Positions 17,681 to 27,637 of a stretch of 64,000 bases of DNA are shown here, in pieces. The position numbers and the translations under genes were made by a program. Source of the stretch: Methanobacteriota archaeon (lineage in GTDB: Archaea; Thermoplasmatota; Poseidoniia; Poseidoniales; Poseidoniaceae); the NCBI GenBank assembly GCA_009937025.1, contig JAACDG010000164.1, positions 85-64,084 of the forward strand, written 5' to 3'. Under the pieces are notes generated by a model. The model was not told where the DNA came from. It did not search any database and saw nothing but the letters and a program-made list of their open reading frames with translations. How positions within the stretch are numbered: the stretch's first letter is position 1; each line of letters starts with the position of its first letter.

Positions 17681-20284
17681 ATGAGCCAAGGAGATTTACC
17701 CGTTATCCATGGGGCCGATTGGACTCCAAAAGAGTCATTGGTATTCTCTCAACCTTTGCTGGCAGATGCAGCGAGAAGAGAAATTTTGCGTTTTATCGCT
17801 CAACGACACGACGGCCATCTTTTCCTTGTAGCCAATGTTTGGGATGTTTTGATTGAGAATGAACCTCAACAATTTGAGGGTCCTGCGTGGCATAAGTTCA
17901 GTCAACGTTTTGTTGAAGCAGTCAAACGTGGTTTGATTGCACAAGTCGATGCAAAAATGGAAAATGATGCTGATGTCGAAGTAATTCCACGTCGAAGTTT
18001 GAAAGATTTTTTAGAGCGCCGGTCTCAACATTTTGTACTTGATTTGCACCTTGTATTCCGTCGATTAGCCCACTACATGTCGGTCTCGATGGAGCAACGT
18101 ATTGAATGGCAAACCATGATGACTCGAACCCGTATGTTGGATACTGAGTTGAAATCGATTTATACCGATGGAATTGAGACTCCAGACGGTTCTTCATTCG
18201 GAGGCAAAGGTTTTCGTTCAACATGGCAAGAAGGTGTTGTTGCAGTTGCAACAGCCCTCAAACGCCAACCGGATGCACCTCGTGATGCTCGTCCTGGAAA
18301 GGGCTACGATGGAGACCTTGTGGCTCCGATGATTCGAGACATCGGTCTTGGATTAGCGATGGGAGATACGCCATTAGACGTCATGGCCGCAAATTTGGGT
18401 AAAGTCGGTTCGAATCAAAATGGAGGTTGGGAAGATGCAGGTGGACGCGACCTCCACGTTGGAGCATGGCATGTGGGTGTTTTACCGCCAACTGCACCTC
18501 TGCCAATTGCCAGTGTCACAATGACAGGTCTTGCTTTTGCTGCATGGAAACAAAACCTCAATCGATTCCAAGTTGCTTGTATTGGCGAAGGAGCCTCCTC
18601 ATCTGGTGAATTTTGGGAAGCGATGAATCTTGCTGGAGCACGTGGCCTACCAATTACCTATATTCTTCAAAACAATCAAATCGCTTTAGACACCTCACCG
18701 GTTAAGCAATCCGGTGTCGAGATTTGGGCCGATAAAGCCGATGCTATGGGATTCCCTGCTTGGACCATCGACGGCTCCGACCCTGCTGCGTGGTATGCAA
18801 GTACCGCATGTGCTCGAGAATTTGCCTTGAATGGAGGCGGACCAACCCTCATCCATGTTGAAACGATGCGTGGATGTGGCCATGCACACCATCACGATGA
18901 TTTGTATCTCGGCAATGAATCAGGAACGCCCCCTGGGTATGTTGATCGTGATTTACTTGCTTACTGGGGAGCGAAAGACCCCTTGCCGACTCACCGTCAA
19001 TTGCTTCTTGACCTTGGTCTTGAAGAATCATCGTTGATTGAAATGGAGGCTCAAGAGCAACAAGACATTGAAACTGCCCGAGAAAATCTTGAGCAGATGG
19101 CATGGCCAGAACCAGAAACTGTGACCAAAGGTGTAACACTGCTGAATGATGCAGAAACTCATGAACAACGCTTAATCCGTTTGTCCCAAAATCAAGAAGT
19201 AGAAGTGTTCGATTCGTTGCTCAATGTCGGTGAATCAACTCTTACTTATGCCGAACAAGGTGGCTGGACGTATGCTCGTGCGATTCAACAAGCAATGGCA
19301 GATATCGCAACACGCCATGGAGATGATTGTATTTTCATCGGCGAAGATATGGAAGTAGCGGGTGCCTTCGGAATGAATATGGCATTAAAGAACGCAGGTC
19401 ATACCGACAAACTTCTTGATATGCCATTATGTGAAGCAGCAATCGTTCACACGGGTGTTGGTACCGCTCTTTCTGGTATGCGCCCAATGGTTGAGATTCA
19501 ATTCGGTGGATTTGCTGCACTTGGATACAACGCTTTAGTCAATAATGCTGCGATGCTTCGTTGGCGCTGGGGTGCCGATTGTCCAATGACGATTCGTATC
19601 CCATTAGGTGGGCGTACGCGTTCAGGACCGTTCCATGCAAACATGATTGAATCTTGGTTTGCCAATGACCCTGGATTGGTTGTTGTAGCAGCAGGTACAC
19701 CTCAAGATGCATACGACCTGTTGATGGAAGGTGCAGAATTGAACGACCCTGTCTTATTCTTAGAACACATAGGTTTGTATGGCCTACGTGGAGGATTAAC
19801 CGGTTGGGGCCAAAACATCAACCAAGAGGTAGATACTGAAACTGTCAAGCAAGCGATTGCAAACGGTGAACGCTACAAACTTGGAAAGGCTGCTGTAGTA
19901 CGTGGTGGCCGTGATGTTACTTTGGTGACATGGGGCTCGATGCTTCATGTCGCTCAACAAGCTGCTGAACAACTTGCTTCTGAAGAGATTGAAGTCGAAA
20001 TTGTAGACCTACGCACCTTGCTTCCATTCGATGCACAGACCTGTATTGAATCCGTTCAGCGAACAGGTCGCTTGGTCATCCTTCAAGAAGGTCAATGGTG
20101 TGGAGGATTAGGGCACAGCATTCAAAGTCGAATATTGGAATCCTGTTTCTATTCACTCGAAGCAGCCCCTCTGGTAATCGGAGCTTTGGATACACCTGTT
20201 CCATTTTCACCACCTTTGGAAGATTTCACAATCCCTTCACTTGAACATGTTGTCAAGGTATTGCGTCTGACCGTTCAATCTTGA
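17681..20284 (+). CDS. 2-oxoacid dehydrogenase E1 alpha/beta fusion (TPP-dependent)
   Basis: TPP motif IGEGASSSGEFWE...QNN; GEDM, DMPLCEAAI, EIQFGGF, GPFHA, VDLRTLLPFD. Confidence 0.88.
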   Translation: MSQGDLPVIHGADWTPKESLVFSQPLLADAARREILRFIAQRHDGHLFLVANVWDVLIENEPQQFEGPAWHKFSQRFVEAVKRGLIAQVDAKMENDADVEVIPRRSLKDFLERRSQHFVLDLHLVFRRLAHYMSVSMEQRIEWQTMMTRTRMLDTELKSIYTDGIETPDGSSFGGKGFRSTWQEGVVAVATALKRQPDAPRDARPGKGYDGDLVAPMIRDIGLGLAMGDTPLDVMAANLGKVGSNQNGGWEDAGGRDLHVGAWHVGVLPPTAPLPIASVTMTGLAFAAWKQNLNRFQVACIGEGASSSGEFWEAMNLAGARGLPITYILQNNQIALDTSPVKQSGVEIWADKADAMGFPAWTIDGSDPAAWYASTACAREFALNGGGPTLIHVETMRGCGHAHHHDDLYLGNESGTPPGYVDRDLLAYWGAKDPLPTHRQLLLDLGLEESSLIEMEAQEQQDIETARENLEQMAWPEPETVTKGVTLLNDAETHEQRLIRLSQNQEVEVFDSLLNVGESTLTYAEQGGWTYARAIQQAMADIATRHGDDCIFIGEDMEVAGAFGMNMALKNAGHTDKLLDMPLCEAAIVHTGVGTALSGMRPMVEIQFGGFAALGYNALVNNAAMLRWRWGADCPMTIRIPLGGRTRSGPFHANMIESWFANDPGLVVVAAGTPQDAYDLLMEGAELNDPVLFLEHIGLYGLRGGLTGWGQNINQEVDTETVKQAIANGERYKLGKAAVVRGGRDVTLVTWGSMLHVAQQAAEQLASEEIEVEIVDLRTLLPFDAQTCIESVQRTGRLVILQEGQWCGGLGHSIQSRILESCFYSLEAAPLVIGALDTPVPFSPPLEDFTIPSLEHVVKVLRLTVQS

Positions 20285-20907
20285 GACTCATCGTTGGTCT
20301 TTCCTAGTTTCATTCGAACAAAAGCCTCGGCCGCAATGCAAGCGCCAAGTGCTGTAGTAAAACTATAGAATGGGATGCTAGAAGCCTCTCCAGAGATTAG
20401 ATTGGGTCCAAAAGTCCGAGCTGGATTCATTGATGCACCGGTGAAAGGTCCAAACCAAAAAGCCAGAAGAGCAACGACACAGCCCACAAAAATCGCAATA
20501 GAGATATGGGTTTGAGAACGCAATACTATCCAATAAATACTGGCCATGAGTGAAAAGGTGATGAACACTTCAATGAGTCCTGCAGCAGGTAGCGACACAT
20601 CTTCAGCAATTTTTGTTGGTCCAACGCCTTGAAGTAGATATGCGGCAACTGTTGCTCCGCTTAATTGAGCAACGATATAAGGTAACAAAGCCTCTTTTTC
20701 AAGATGCCCACTTCTGTAAAAAGCAAGTGAGACGGCGGGATTGATATGTGCTCCACTTATTGGTTGAAATATCAAGATAGCAATCATGACAGCAATCCCA
20801 AATGAGAGTGAAATGACGAGTTCTGAAGCACCCATGGCAATACTACCGCACCCAACACCAACCATAAGAGCGGTGCCGAAGAATTCAGCCATCCCCCTAC
20901 GCCACAT
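20275..20907 (-). CDS. Aquaporin (MIP family)
   Basis: SGAHINPAVS and GASMNPARTFGP. Confidence 0.95.
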   Translation of the reverse strand: MWRRGMAEFFGTALMVGVGCGSIAMGASELVISLSFGIAVMIAILIFQPISGAHINPAVSLAFYRSGHLEKEALLPYIVAQLSGATVAAYLLQGVGPTKIAEDVSLPAAGLIEVFITFSLMASIYWIVLRSQTHISIAIFVGCVVALLAFWFGPFTGASMNPARTFGPNLISGEASSIPFYSFTTALGACIAAEAFVRMKLGKTNDESQD

Positions 20908-20978
20908 GATTTGTCGTTCCGTCTCCGCATTATGTTCTTTACTAAATAGACACTCTTGAGAAGAGGTAAGAGGTAAGC

Positions 20979-22133
20979 ATGAAGAAGGACCAGTTGTTGG
21001 TTGAACTCATGGGGTCCGAGGACAAAGTGATGGGTATCGCTCAACTCCTCCACTTTCAAACATTGGTGACCACTGGTGCTTTATTCCTCGGAATTATTGC
21101 GGTTCGTTTTCTGTCCTCTACAATGGGCAATAACAGTATTGCACTTACGTTGGTCATCGCATGTTTGGCACTCGGTTTGTTGATTTTTTCTGCAGATTTT
21201 TTTATCGAAGGGGCTAAGGGACTTGCTCGGCGAGGCGGCTTACCAGAAGTCGTGATTGGATTGACAATCGTTTCGATTGGAACTTCATTACCTGAGATAT
21301 TGGTTACGACCACCGCCGCTGCAGATGTGGCAGCGAAACCCGAAGTAGCAGATTTCGCAATTGGGGGCATTCTTGGTTCAATCTTTGTTCAAATCACACT
21401 GGTATTGGGTATCGTTGTTGTCAATAAAGGCCTCAAGATTCGAGAATCATGGTTGAAGCGCGACGGCCTTATTATGTTGCTTTCAGTCCTCGTTCTAACC
21501 TTTTTCTTACTCACCGAACACACCTTGCAACGTTGGGAATCAGGGATCTTAGTGTTGTTGTATATCATCTATATTTCATGGTTGTTAATGCATCGAAAAG
21601 TCATACTGCTGGAAGAAGGAATCGAAGAAGATGTTGCTGTTCGCGGTTCCAGTTGGAGTGTTGCAGCCTACATCATCATGGTTGTATTCGGTCTTGCATT
21701 TGCTGTTTTTGCAGCCCATCATTTGGTAGAATACGCACGACTTATTGCGATTGAATTGAATGTCCCGCACGCTATTGTTGGAACAACAGTATCTGGTATT
21801 GGGACCTCATTACCTGAACTCACTATTGCTTTGATGGCAGCAAAACGTAGCCAAGGTGTTGCTATTGGGACACTCATTGGCTCCAATATTACCGACCCCT
21901 TACTTTCAATTGGTTTGGCGGGATTAGTTCATCCTTTGGCAATCTCAGATGCAGGCTTTGGACTGATTGTTTACATCATCATACCGTTCACGATTCTCGG
22001 ATGTTTTGTCGCATTGTTAATGATGAGAACTTCATATGAATTTAAGAAATGGGAGGGATATACCTTGATTCTCTTATACATTATTTTCATTCTGATACTC
22101 GAGGCATACAACCGTTCATGGATTACCTTCTAA
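20979..22133 (+). CDS. Calcium/sodium antiporter (YrbG-like)
   Basis: Two GTSLPE alpha repeats; GSNI. Confidence 0.9.
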   Translation: MKKDQLLVELMGSEDKVMGIAQLLHFQTLVTTGALFLGIIAVRFLSSTMGNNSIALTLVIACLALGLLIFSADFFIEGAKGLARRGGLPEVVIGLTIVSIGTSLPEILVTTTAAADVAAKPEVADFAIGGILGSIFVQITLVLGIVVVNKGLKIRESWLKRDGLIMLLSVLVLTFFLLTEHTLQRWESGILVLLYIIYISWLLMHRKVILLEEGIEEDVAVRGSSWSVAAYIIMVVFGLAFAVFAAHHLVEYARLIAIELNVPHAIVGTTVSGIGTSLPELTIALMAAKRSQGVAIGTLIGSNITDPLLSIGLAGLVHPLAISDAGFGLIVYIIIPFTILGCFVALLMMRTSYEFKKWEGYTLILLYIIFILILEAYNRSWITF

Positions 22134-22173
22134 GAACAATGAAGAGATAAGGGGCGACTTCTTCGCCTTCTTC

Positions 22174-23322
22174 ATGGTGAACTTCCAACTCGACGAAACG
22201 CAGGAGATGTTAAGGGAACTTGCCCATGAAGTTGCGGTTGAGGAAATTCGGCCAAATGCTGAACATTGGGATACCGAATCGGTTTACCCAAAAGAAGCCA
22301 TACAAGCCGCTCATGAAATGGGCTTGCTCAATCTTCACATTTCAGAAGACTATGGGGGGCCGGGCTTGGGTTCCATGGAAGAAGTTCTCGTCAATGAAGA
22401 ATTGGCTTGGGGAGACCCGGGTTTTGCAACAGCGGCATATGCGACTTCACTTGCATGTGCGCCAATTATCACCGGTGGGACCGAGGAACAAAAGCAAAAG
22501 TGGCTCCGAATGGTTGCAGAAGACGGAGCATTGGCTTCGTATGCCGTAACCGAGCCTGGTGCTGGTTCAGATGTTGCAGCGTGTAAAACAAGTGCTACAC
22601 GTGATGGAGATGATTACATTATCAACGGTTCCAAAATGTGGATTACCGGTGCGGGTTATGCTGACTTCTTCTTTGTTTTAGCAAAAACTGACGTGGATGC
22701 TGGATACAAAGGAATGTCGGGTTTTATCGTTGAGAAAGATGCTGAAGGTTTCTCACTTGGTAAGAAGGAAACCAACATGGGGCAACGTTGTTCTGATACC
22801 CGTTCAATTCAGTTTGATGATGTTCGCGTGTCTGCCGACCAACTTATCGGCGGTTCCGAATCAGGCGGCTGGATGAACGCCATGAAAGCCTTTGACATGA
22901 GCCGGCCCAACATTGCCGCTCATGCAACGGGACTTGCTCGCGCTGCCTATGAACACGCACTCCAATATTCAGGTGAGAGGTCAACCTTTGGCAAGCCTCT
23001 TCATCGCCATCAAGCCATCCAATTCATGTTGGCTGATATGAAAACAAAAATCGAAGCCTCAAGACTGTTGACTTGGAGGTCTGCAGCAGATTCAGATGCA
23101 GGTGTTCAAAACACCGAATCTGCAGCCCATGCTAAACGATTTGCAGCTGATACAGCAATGGAAGTTTCGACTGATGCAGTTCAAGTTTATGGCGGGTACG
23201 GTTATTCTGAAGAGTATCCTGTTGCTCGTCTTATGCGAGCAGCAAAGGTCATGCAAATCTATGAAGGTTCTTCACAAGTTCAGCGAATGATCATTGGAAG
23301 AGAGATTACCAAGGATTTGTAA
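22174..23322 (+). CDS. Acyl-CoA dehydrogenase
   Basis: YAVTEPGAGSD, NGSKMWIT, QVYGGYGY, QIYEGSSQVQR. Confidence 0.95.
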   Translation: MVNFQLDETQEMLRELAHEVAVEEIRPNAEHWDTESVYPKEAIQAAHEMGLLNLHISEDYGGPGLGSMEEVLVNEELAWGDPGFATAAYATSLACAPIITGGTEEQKQKWLRMVAEDGALASYAVTEPGAGSDVAACKTSATRDGDDYIINGSKMWITGAGYADFFFVLAKTDVDAGYKGMSGFIVEKDAEGFSLGKKETNMGQRCSDTRSIQFDDVRVSADQLIGGSESGGWMNAMKAFDMSRPNIAAHATGLARAAYEHALQYSGERSTFGKPLHRHQAIQFMLADMKTKIEASRLLTWRSAADSDAGVQNTESAAHAKRFAADTAMEVSTDAVQVYGGYGYSEEYPVARLMRAAKVMQIYEGSSQVQRMIIGREITKDL

Positions 23323-24069
23323 TTACTTATCGAGTACTTTATCGGTCATGAATCCCCAGAAATCGATGAGTTCCTGCTCTTCTTTTTCTCCCTTTTCAGT
23401 AGCGTTTTCGATTACCTGATTTTGTAAATCAGTGAACTCTTGAATTTCATCTTCCCACGATTGGTGGAGGGCTGCCATTTCGTTGGATGAAACTCCAATG
23501 ACATCTCTTTCAAATGACTCATACATCTCCATTTCTTCCTCTTCATGGTTGTCCATTTCATCCCATTCACCAGGGAATTCTTCGCTCCCACCGTCAATCA
23601 TATCTTCAGTGACAATCATGGTGTCTTGAAAGATGACAATCTCTTTCAACATATCACGATGACAGACAATGAATTGTGCCAACATCGGAATTTTCAGTGC
23701 TGTTTTGATGTCGTTATACAGTGCGAGTACGAGCGAAACGATTCGGTCTCCAATCGGTAAATTCTGGTTTTTTGAATGTAAGCAAAGGCTAACAGAATAA
23801 TTGTTCTCCACAGCAACATCATTTTGCCATCTTCCAGCAGTCACCGAAAGGGACCATTCCGTAGGACCAGCCATGAAGATATCCGTTTCTGATGAATGGT
23901 ATTGAGATTCAATTTGGTACCATCTACGTGATTCTCCTTGAACACGAACTTTGATCGCCTCATTGGTCAACATGATGATGTTGACATTCGGGGTGTCTTT
24001 TGCAACCGATAGCAACAAATCTACTGAACGGATTTCGGGCTCAGACATACGGTATTTTCCTTCTGACAT
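23323..24069 (-). CDS. Hypothetical protein with acidic C-terminal half
   Basis: Open frame; start placed at MSEGKY because TTGATA lies at -29..-24. Confidence 0.55.
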   Translation of the reverse strand: MSEGKYRMSEPEIRSVDLLLSVAKDTPNVNIIMLTNEAIKVRVQGESRRWYQIESQYHSSETDIFMAGPTEWSLSVTAGRWQNDVAVENNYSVSLCLHSKNQNLPIGDRIVSLVLALYNDIKTALKIPMLAQFIVCHRDMLKEIVIFQDTMIVTEDMIDGGSEEFPGEWDEMDNHEEEEMEMYESFERDVIGVSSNEMAALHQSWEDEIQEFTDLQNQVIENATEKGEKEEQELIDFWGFMTDKVLDK

Positions 24070-24135
24070 ACGCATTGACCAAATCGAGTCTATATCAAGA
24101 GTAAAGAACAAAACCTAGGGCTTTGAATTCACGGT

Positions 24136-24729
24136 ATGGCCAAACTTTGCCCCGCCGTAATTCTGGCTGCTGGAGCCAGTCAGCGCCTTGGGCAACCGAA
24201 ATCATTGGTTGAGATAGGGAACTCAACATTGGTAGGACTCGCCTATAAAAAATTGATAAAAGCAGGTTGTTCACCTGTTATCATCGTGACGCGCAGTGAA
24301 CTTTCAGTCCCAATAATGCAATCAACTCTCGGCTCGACCGTAATTGTGAATTCCGCTCCTGAAGAGGGAAGGACTGGAAGTATTCAATGCGGCATCATGT
24401 CTCTTGCTGGAGATAAAGGAAGAATGCCCAAACAAGTCATCATCGCTCCCGTAGACCGTCCAGGATGGGCAGTAGAGCATATCAAAACACTTGCCTTGGC
24501 CAAAACAAGTTCTACTCTTTCATCAAACGGTCGCCGAGGCCACCCTTTACTCCTCGACCAAGATGCCATTCAAACGGTTCTTGCAGCACCACCTCAAACA
24601 TCTCTACGTGAGTTGATTTCTTTCGATGAAGTCTACGTTGATGCACCTCTTCTTGGATTGAATATCGATCATCCCGAAGATTTGGAACTGTTGAAACAAC
24701 ATGAAATTGTTTTGATGGAAACAGGCTGA
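24136..24729 (+). CDS. MocA/MobA-like nucleotidyltransferase (probable Mo-cofactor cytidylyltransferase)
   Basis: ILAAGASQRLGQPK, PVDRP, RGHP, NIDHPED; adjacent to XdhC. Confidence 0.78.
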   Translation: MAKLCPAVILAAGASQRLGQPKSLVEIGNSTLVGLAYKKLIKAGCSPVIIVTRSELSVPIMQSTLGSTVIVNSAPEEGRTGSIQCGIMSLAGDKGRMPKQVIIAPVDRPGWAVEHIKTLALAKTSSTLSSNGRRGHPLLLDQDAIQTVLAAPPQTSLRELISFDEVYVDAPLLGLNIDHPEDLELLKQHEIVLMETG

Positions 24730-24768
24730 AACTCACAGGGCAAAGGGTATGTGTCACCTCCTTGAGGG

Positions 24769-25641
24769 ATGTACATGACTGCGGCGGTGATGGCTTGGGC
24801 CCTTTCCCGTCTTGCTTTGGGGCAACGTGTTGTTCTTGCCAGCGTTGTTGAAACTGCAGGGAGCGTTCCTGGAAAAGTTGGAGCACGCTTGGCTATGGCT
24901 TCCGATGAACAATGGTCGGGAACGGTTGGAGGCGCTGGTTTGGAAATGAAAGTACTTCAGCGTTGTAGAGAACATCTTTCCACTCAACATCATCCATTTG
25001 GAGAAGTTATACGGTACGGTTTGAACAAAGGGGCGAAGGGCTATCAAGTGACACCGCTTGATTCATTATGCGGCGGTCAAGTTACGCTTGCGATCGAGGT
25101 GATGATTCCGATGCCACATGTATTGTTGATGGGTGGAGGTCATTGCGGTCAAGCGATTGCAAACACATTGGATGCCTTGGGTTGGCACCATTCCGTTCAT
25201 GATACTCGGCCTGAATTTTCTGCTGTCAAAATGTATCCCAGTGCTGAACAACTGTCTTCTGTTTCTGTTTCCGAGTTTCTTCAAACAGAAAGTCTCGAAT
25301 CTCTTCGTCGATTTTCAGATGTATTACTTCTCGGACATGACTGGGCTGAAGACGAAGAACGATTGTTGGGTCTCCTGCATTTATATCGTGAAGGAAAAGC
25401 CATTCCAGATGGACATCAAGGTCCTCGAATTGGTGTGATCGGCAGTCGTTCCAAATGGCAGTCGTTTGAAAAAACATGTCTTGAACAGGGCATTGGACAA
25501 CCAATATTGGATGCTATTGTTTGCCCGATTGGATTGAATATCGGCGCAGAATCACCCGAAGAAATCGCTGTGGCAGTCGTTGCTCAAATCATGGCTTCGT
25601 TCAAAGGAGTCGATGCAGAAGCACCGACTTGGAGAACCTGA
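24769..25641 (+). CDS. xdhC: XdhC/CoxI family Mo-cofactor chaperone
   Basis: GSVPGKVGA, GTVGGAGLE, CGG, IGSRSK, PIGLNIGAESPEEIAVA. Confidence 0.9.
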   Translation: MYMTAAVMAWALSRLALGQRVVLASVVETAGSVPGKVGARLAMASDEQWSGTVGGAGLEMKVLQRCREHLSTQHHPFGEVIRYGLNKGAKGYQVTPLDSLCGGQVTLAIEVMIPMPHVLLMGGGHCGQAIANTLDALGWHHSVHDTRPEFSAVKMYPSAEQLSSVSVSEFLQTESLESLRRFSDVLLLGHDWAEDEERLLGLLHLYREGKAIPDGHQGPRIGVIGSRSKWQSFEKTCLEQGIGQPILDAIVCPIGLNIGAESPEEIAVAVVAQIMASFKGVDAEAPTWRT

Positions 25642-26187
25642 TTATTCAGGTAAAAAAATCCGTTCTCTAAAAAATCGAAGTTCTTCAATTGATTCAAGAA
25701 TATCGTCCAATGCCAAGTGAGCACCTTTCTTTTCATATCGGCCGGTATCAGGATACCATCTTCGAGCTAATTCTTTGACAGTTGAAACATCGATCATTCG
25801 ATAATGCAGGTATTCAACAAGAAGGGGCATTTCCTTTTCCATGAATTTTTTGTCATTCCATACACTGTTTCCGCACAATGGAGCAGAACCCTGTGGCACC
25901 CATTGTTTGAGAAAGGCCAAAGTTTCGGCTTCTGCTTGTTGACATGAAACACTTGCTGTTCGAACGCGTTCGACCAATCCACTTGCTGTATGATGGGAGG
26001 TGTTCCATTCATCCATTCCTGCTAAGAGTTCTTCAGAAACAGATACAGCAAGATTTGGTCCAGTGGCAAGAATGTTGAGTTCTCCATCAGTGACAACTGT
26101 TGCAATTTCAATGATGGATTCTCTCGTAATATCCAATCCAGTCATTTCAAGGTCAATCCAAACCAAGCGTTCGTTACTTTCACCCAT
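25642..26187 (-). CDS. orn: Oligoribonuclease
   Basis: LVWIDLEMTGLD, LCGNSV, HYRMIDVSTVKELARRW, HLALDDILESIEEL. Confidence 0.96.
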   Translation of the reverse strand: MGESNERLVWIDLEMTGLDITRESIIEIATVVTDGELNILATGPNLAVSVSEELLAGMDEWNTSHHTASGLVERVRTASVSCQQAEAETLAFLKQWVPQGSAPLCGNSVWNDKKFMEKEMPLLVEYLHYRMIDVSTVKELARRWYPDTGRYEKKGAHLALDDILESIEELRFFRERIFLPE

Positions 26188-26256
26188 GTTTTCGCCAAGA
26201 GGCGGGGGTTTTTCAATTGGGCGTAGGGTTATGAAGTCCTTTTTGGACGGCAGACT

Positions 26257-27636
26257 ATGGCGGATGAGATAGGGGGCGAAGCGATTCCAACTCCTTTGGA
26301 CACCTCTTCCTTGATGGAACCCAAGGCCCTCATCGCAGTAGGTATCCTCACCTTTCTCCTGATTTTTTCATTCTTTGCTCTTGCGTTAACCGGTGATTCA
26401 TCACCGTTGCCAACGACCCAAGAACCAGAGGATAACGATGGTTGGCGGGCCTTTTCGGTCGTTGCTCCAGTTGATACTGGTATCAATGTCTATCACGACC
26501 ATTTCCGTACCAATGAAACCTTTCCATCTTGGCTTTTAGACGAACTTGGCGTAAACAAAATTTGTGAACTGACCTTTAACGGAACTTGGCAGGAACGCTA
26601 TGATGCTGACAAAGAGGCCTGCTGGGATACCTTGATTGCCAGCGATATCGTTTACTTTCCAGGGACAAAAATCATTGGCACTTCACCAGATGGCGACAGT
26701 GAAATTTTGATTTTAGATGACCCCAGTGATGGGCACGGGTCGGCAGTTACGGGGGCTGTTTTGAACGCAAACCCCAACGCAGTCATCTTCTTTGTCGAAG
26801 GATTTAGCACTGAAGCAGTACTTGCTGCAGCCAATCAACCTCTTGTCGACGTCATCACGACATCGTTTGGAGCGCCGGGTTCAGTGCCAATTTCTGGTAT
26901 TGAACGAGGAACTGAAGTTGCTGTTGTGGAACAAGGAAAAATGCACGCCGGTGCTGCCGATAACAGTCCTTCACCCGCCATACAAGATTCAACTGCTGGT
27001 CCGCCTTGGTCGATTGGAATTGCAGGATATGCGGAAGAAGGCGATGACCAAAAAGAAATCATGTCAGGTTCTTATCCAGATATTTCTGCGGATTGGACCC
27101 AATATCTCCCCAACCACGATGATATTGATGGTTACCATGAAACATCCGGAACCTCATTTGCCACACCTCGAACTGCAGGTATTCTTTCCTCGGTTTTGGA
27201 ATCTTTACGTTTTGAATTTAATGACGATGGGGCAGGTGCCTCTCCAGACATGCGTCAAGGGATGTTAGTGAATGGCACAGACTCGGATGGAAATCCTTTC
27301 CTCGTTTCAAATTCAGATGTCCGTGAAGCCCTCAATCGCTCTGCATGGTACCCCGATTTAGGGTGGGACCCAACATCAGGAACAATGCCTATCTCTCCGG
27401 TAGCTCCATGCACACAAACCGGCTGGGGTTTGGTCAACCTTTCCAATATCGAACCGATGATTGCACACCTGAACCAATCGTCTGAACTTACTCAAAGGCC
27501 CGGAGATGTTGTCGCATGTATGAATGCTAATCAAGAAATGCGAGAGGCGTATTGGAATGCCTACCCTTCAACTCCAGATGCATTCAGCGAACTGTATGTT
27601 ACGGGCTCAGAAGGTGTTGAGCGTCGATTGTATTGA
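26257..27636 (+). CDS. Membrane-anchored S8 family serine peptidase
   Basis: Catalytic triad motifs DTGIN, GHGSAV, SGTSFATP; N-terminal TM segment. Confidence 0.85.
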   Translation: MADEIGGEAIPTPLDTSSLMEPKALIAVGILTFLLIFSFFALALTGDSSPLPTTQEPEDNDGWRAFSVVAPVDTGINVYHDHFRTNETFPSWLLDELGVNKICELTFNGTWQERYDADKEACWDTLIASDIVYFPGTKIIGTSPDGDSEILILDDPSDGHGSAVTGAVLNANPNAVIFFVEGFSTEAVLAAANQPLVDVITTSFGAPGSVPISGIERGTEVAVVEQGKMHAGAADNSPSPAIQDSTAGPPWSIGIAGYAEEGDDQKEIMSGSYPDISADWTQYLPNHDDIDGYHETSGTSFATPRTAGILSSVLESLRFEFNDDGAGASPDMRQGMLVNGTDSDGNPFLVSNSDVREALNRSAWYPDLGWDPTSGTMPISPVAPCTQTGWGLVNLSNIEPMIAHLNQSSELTQRPGDVVACMNANQEMREAYWNAYPSTPDAFSELYVTGSEGVERRLY

Positions 27637-27637
27637 A

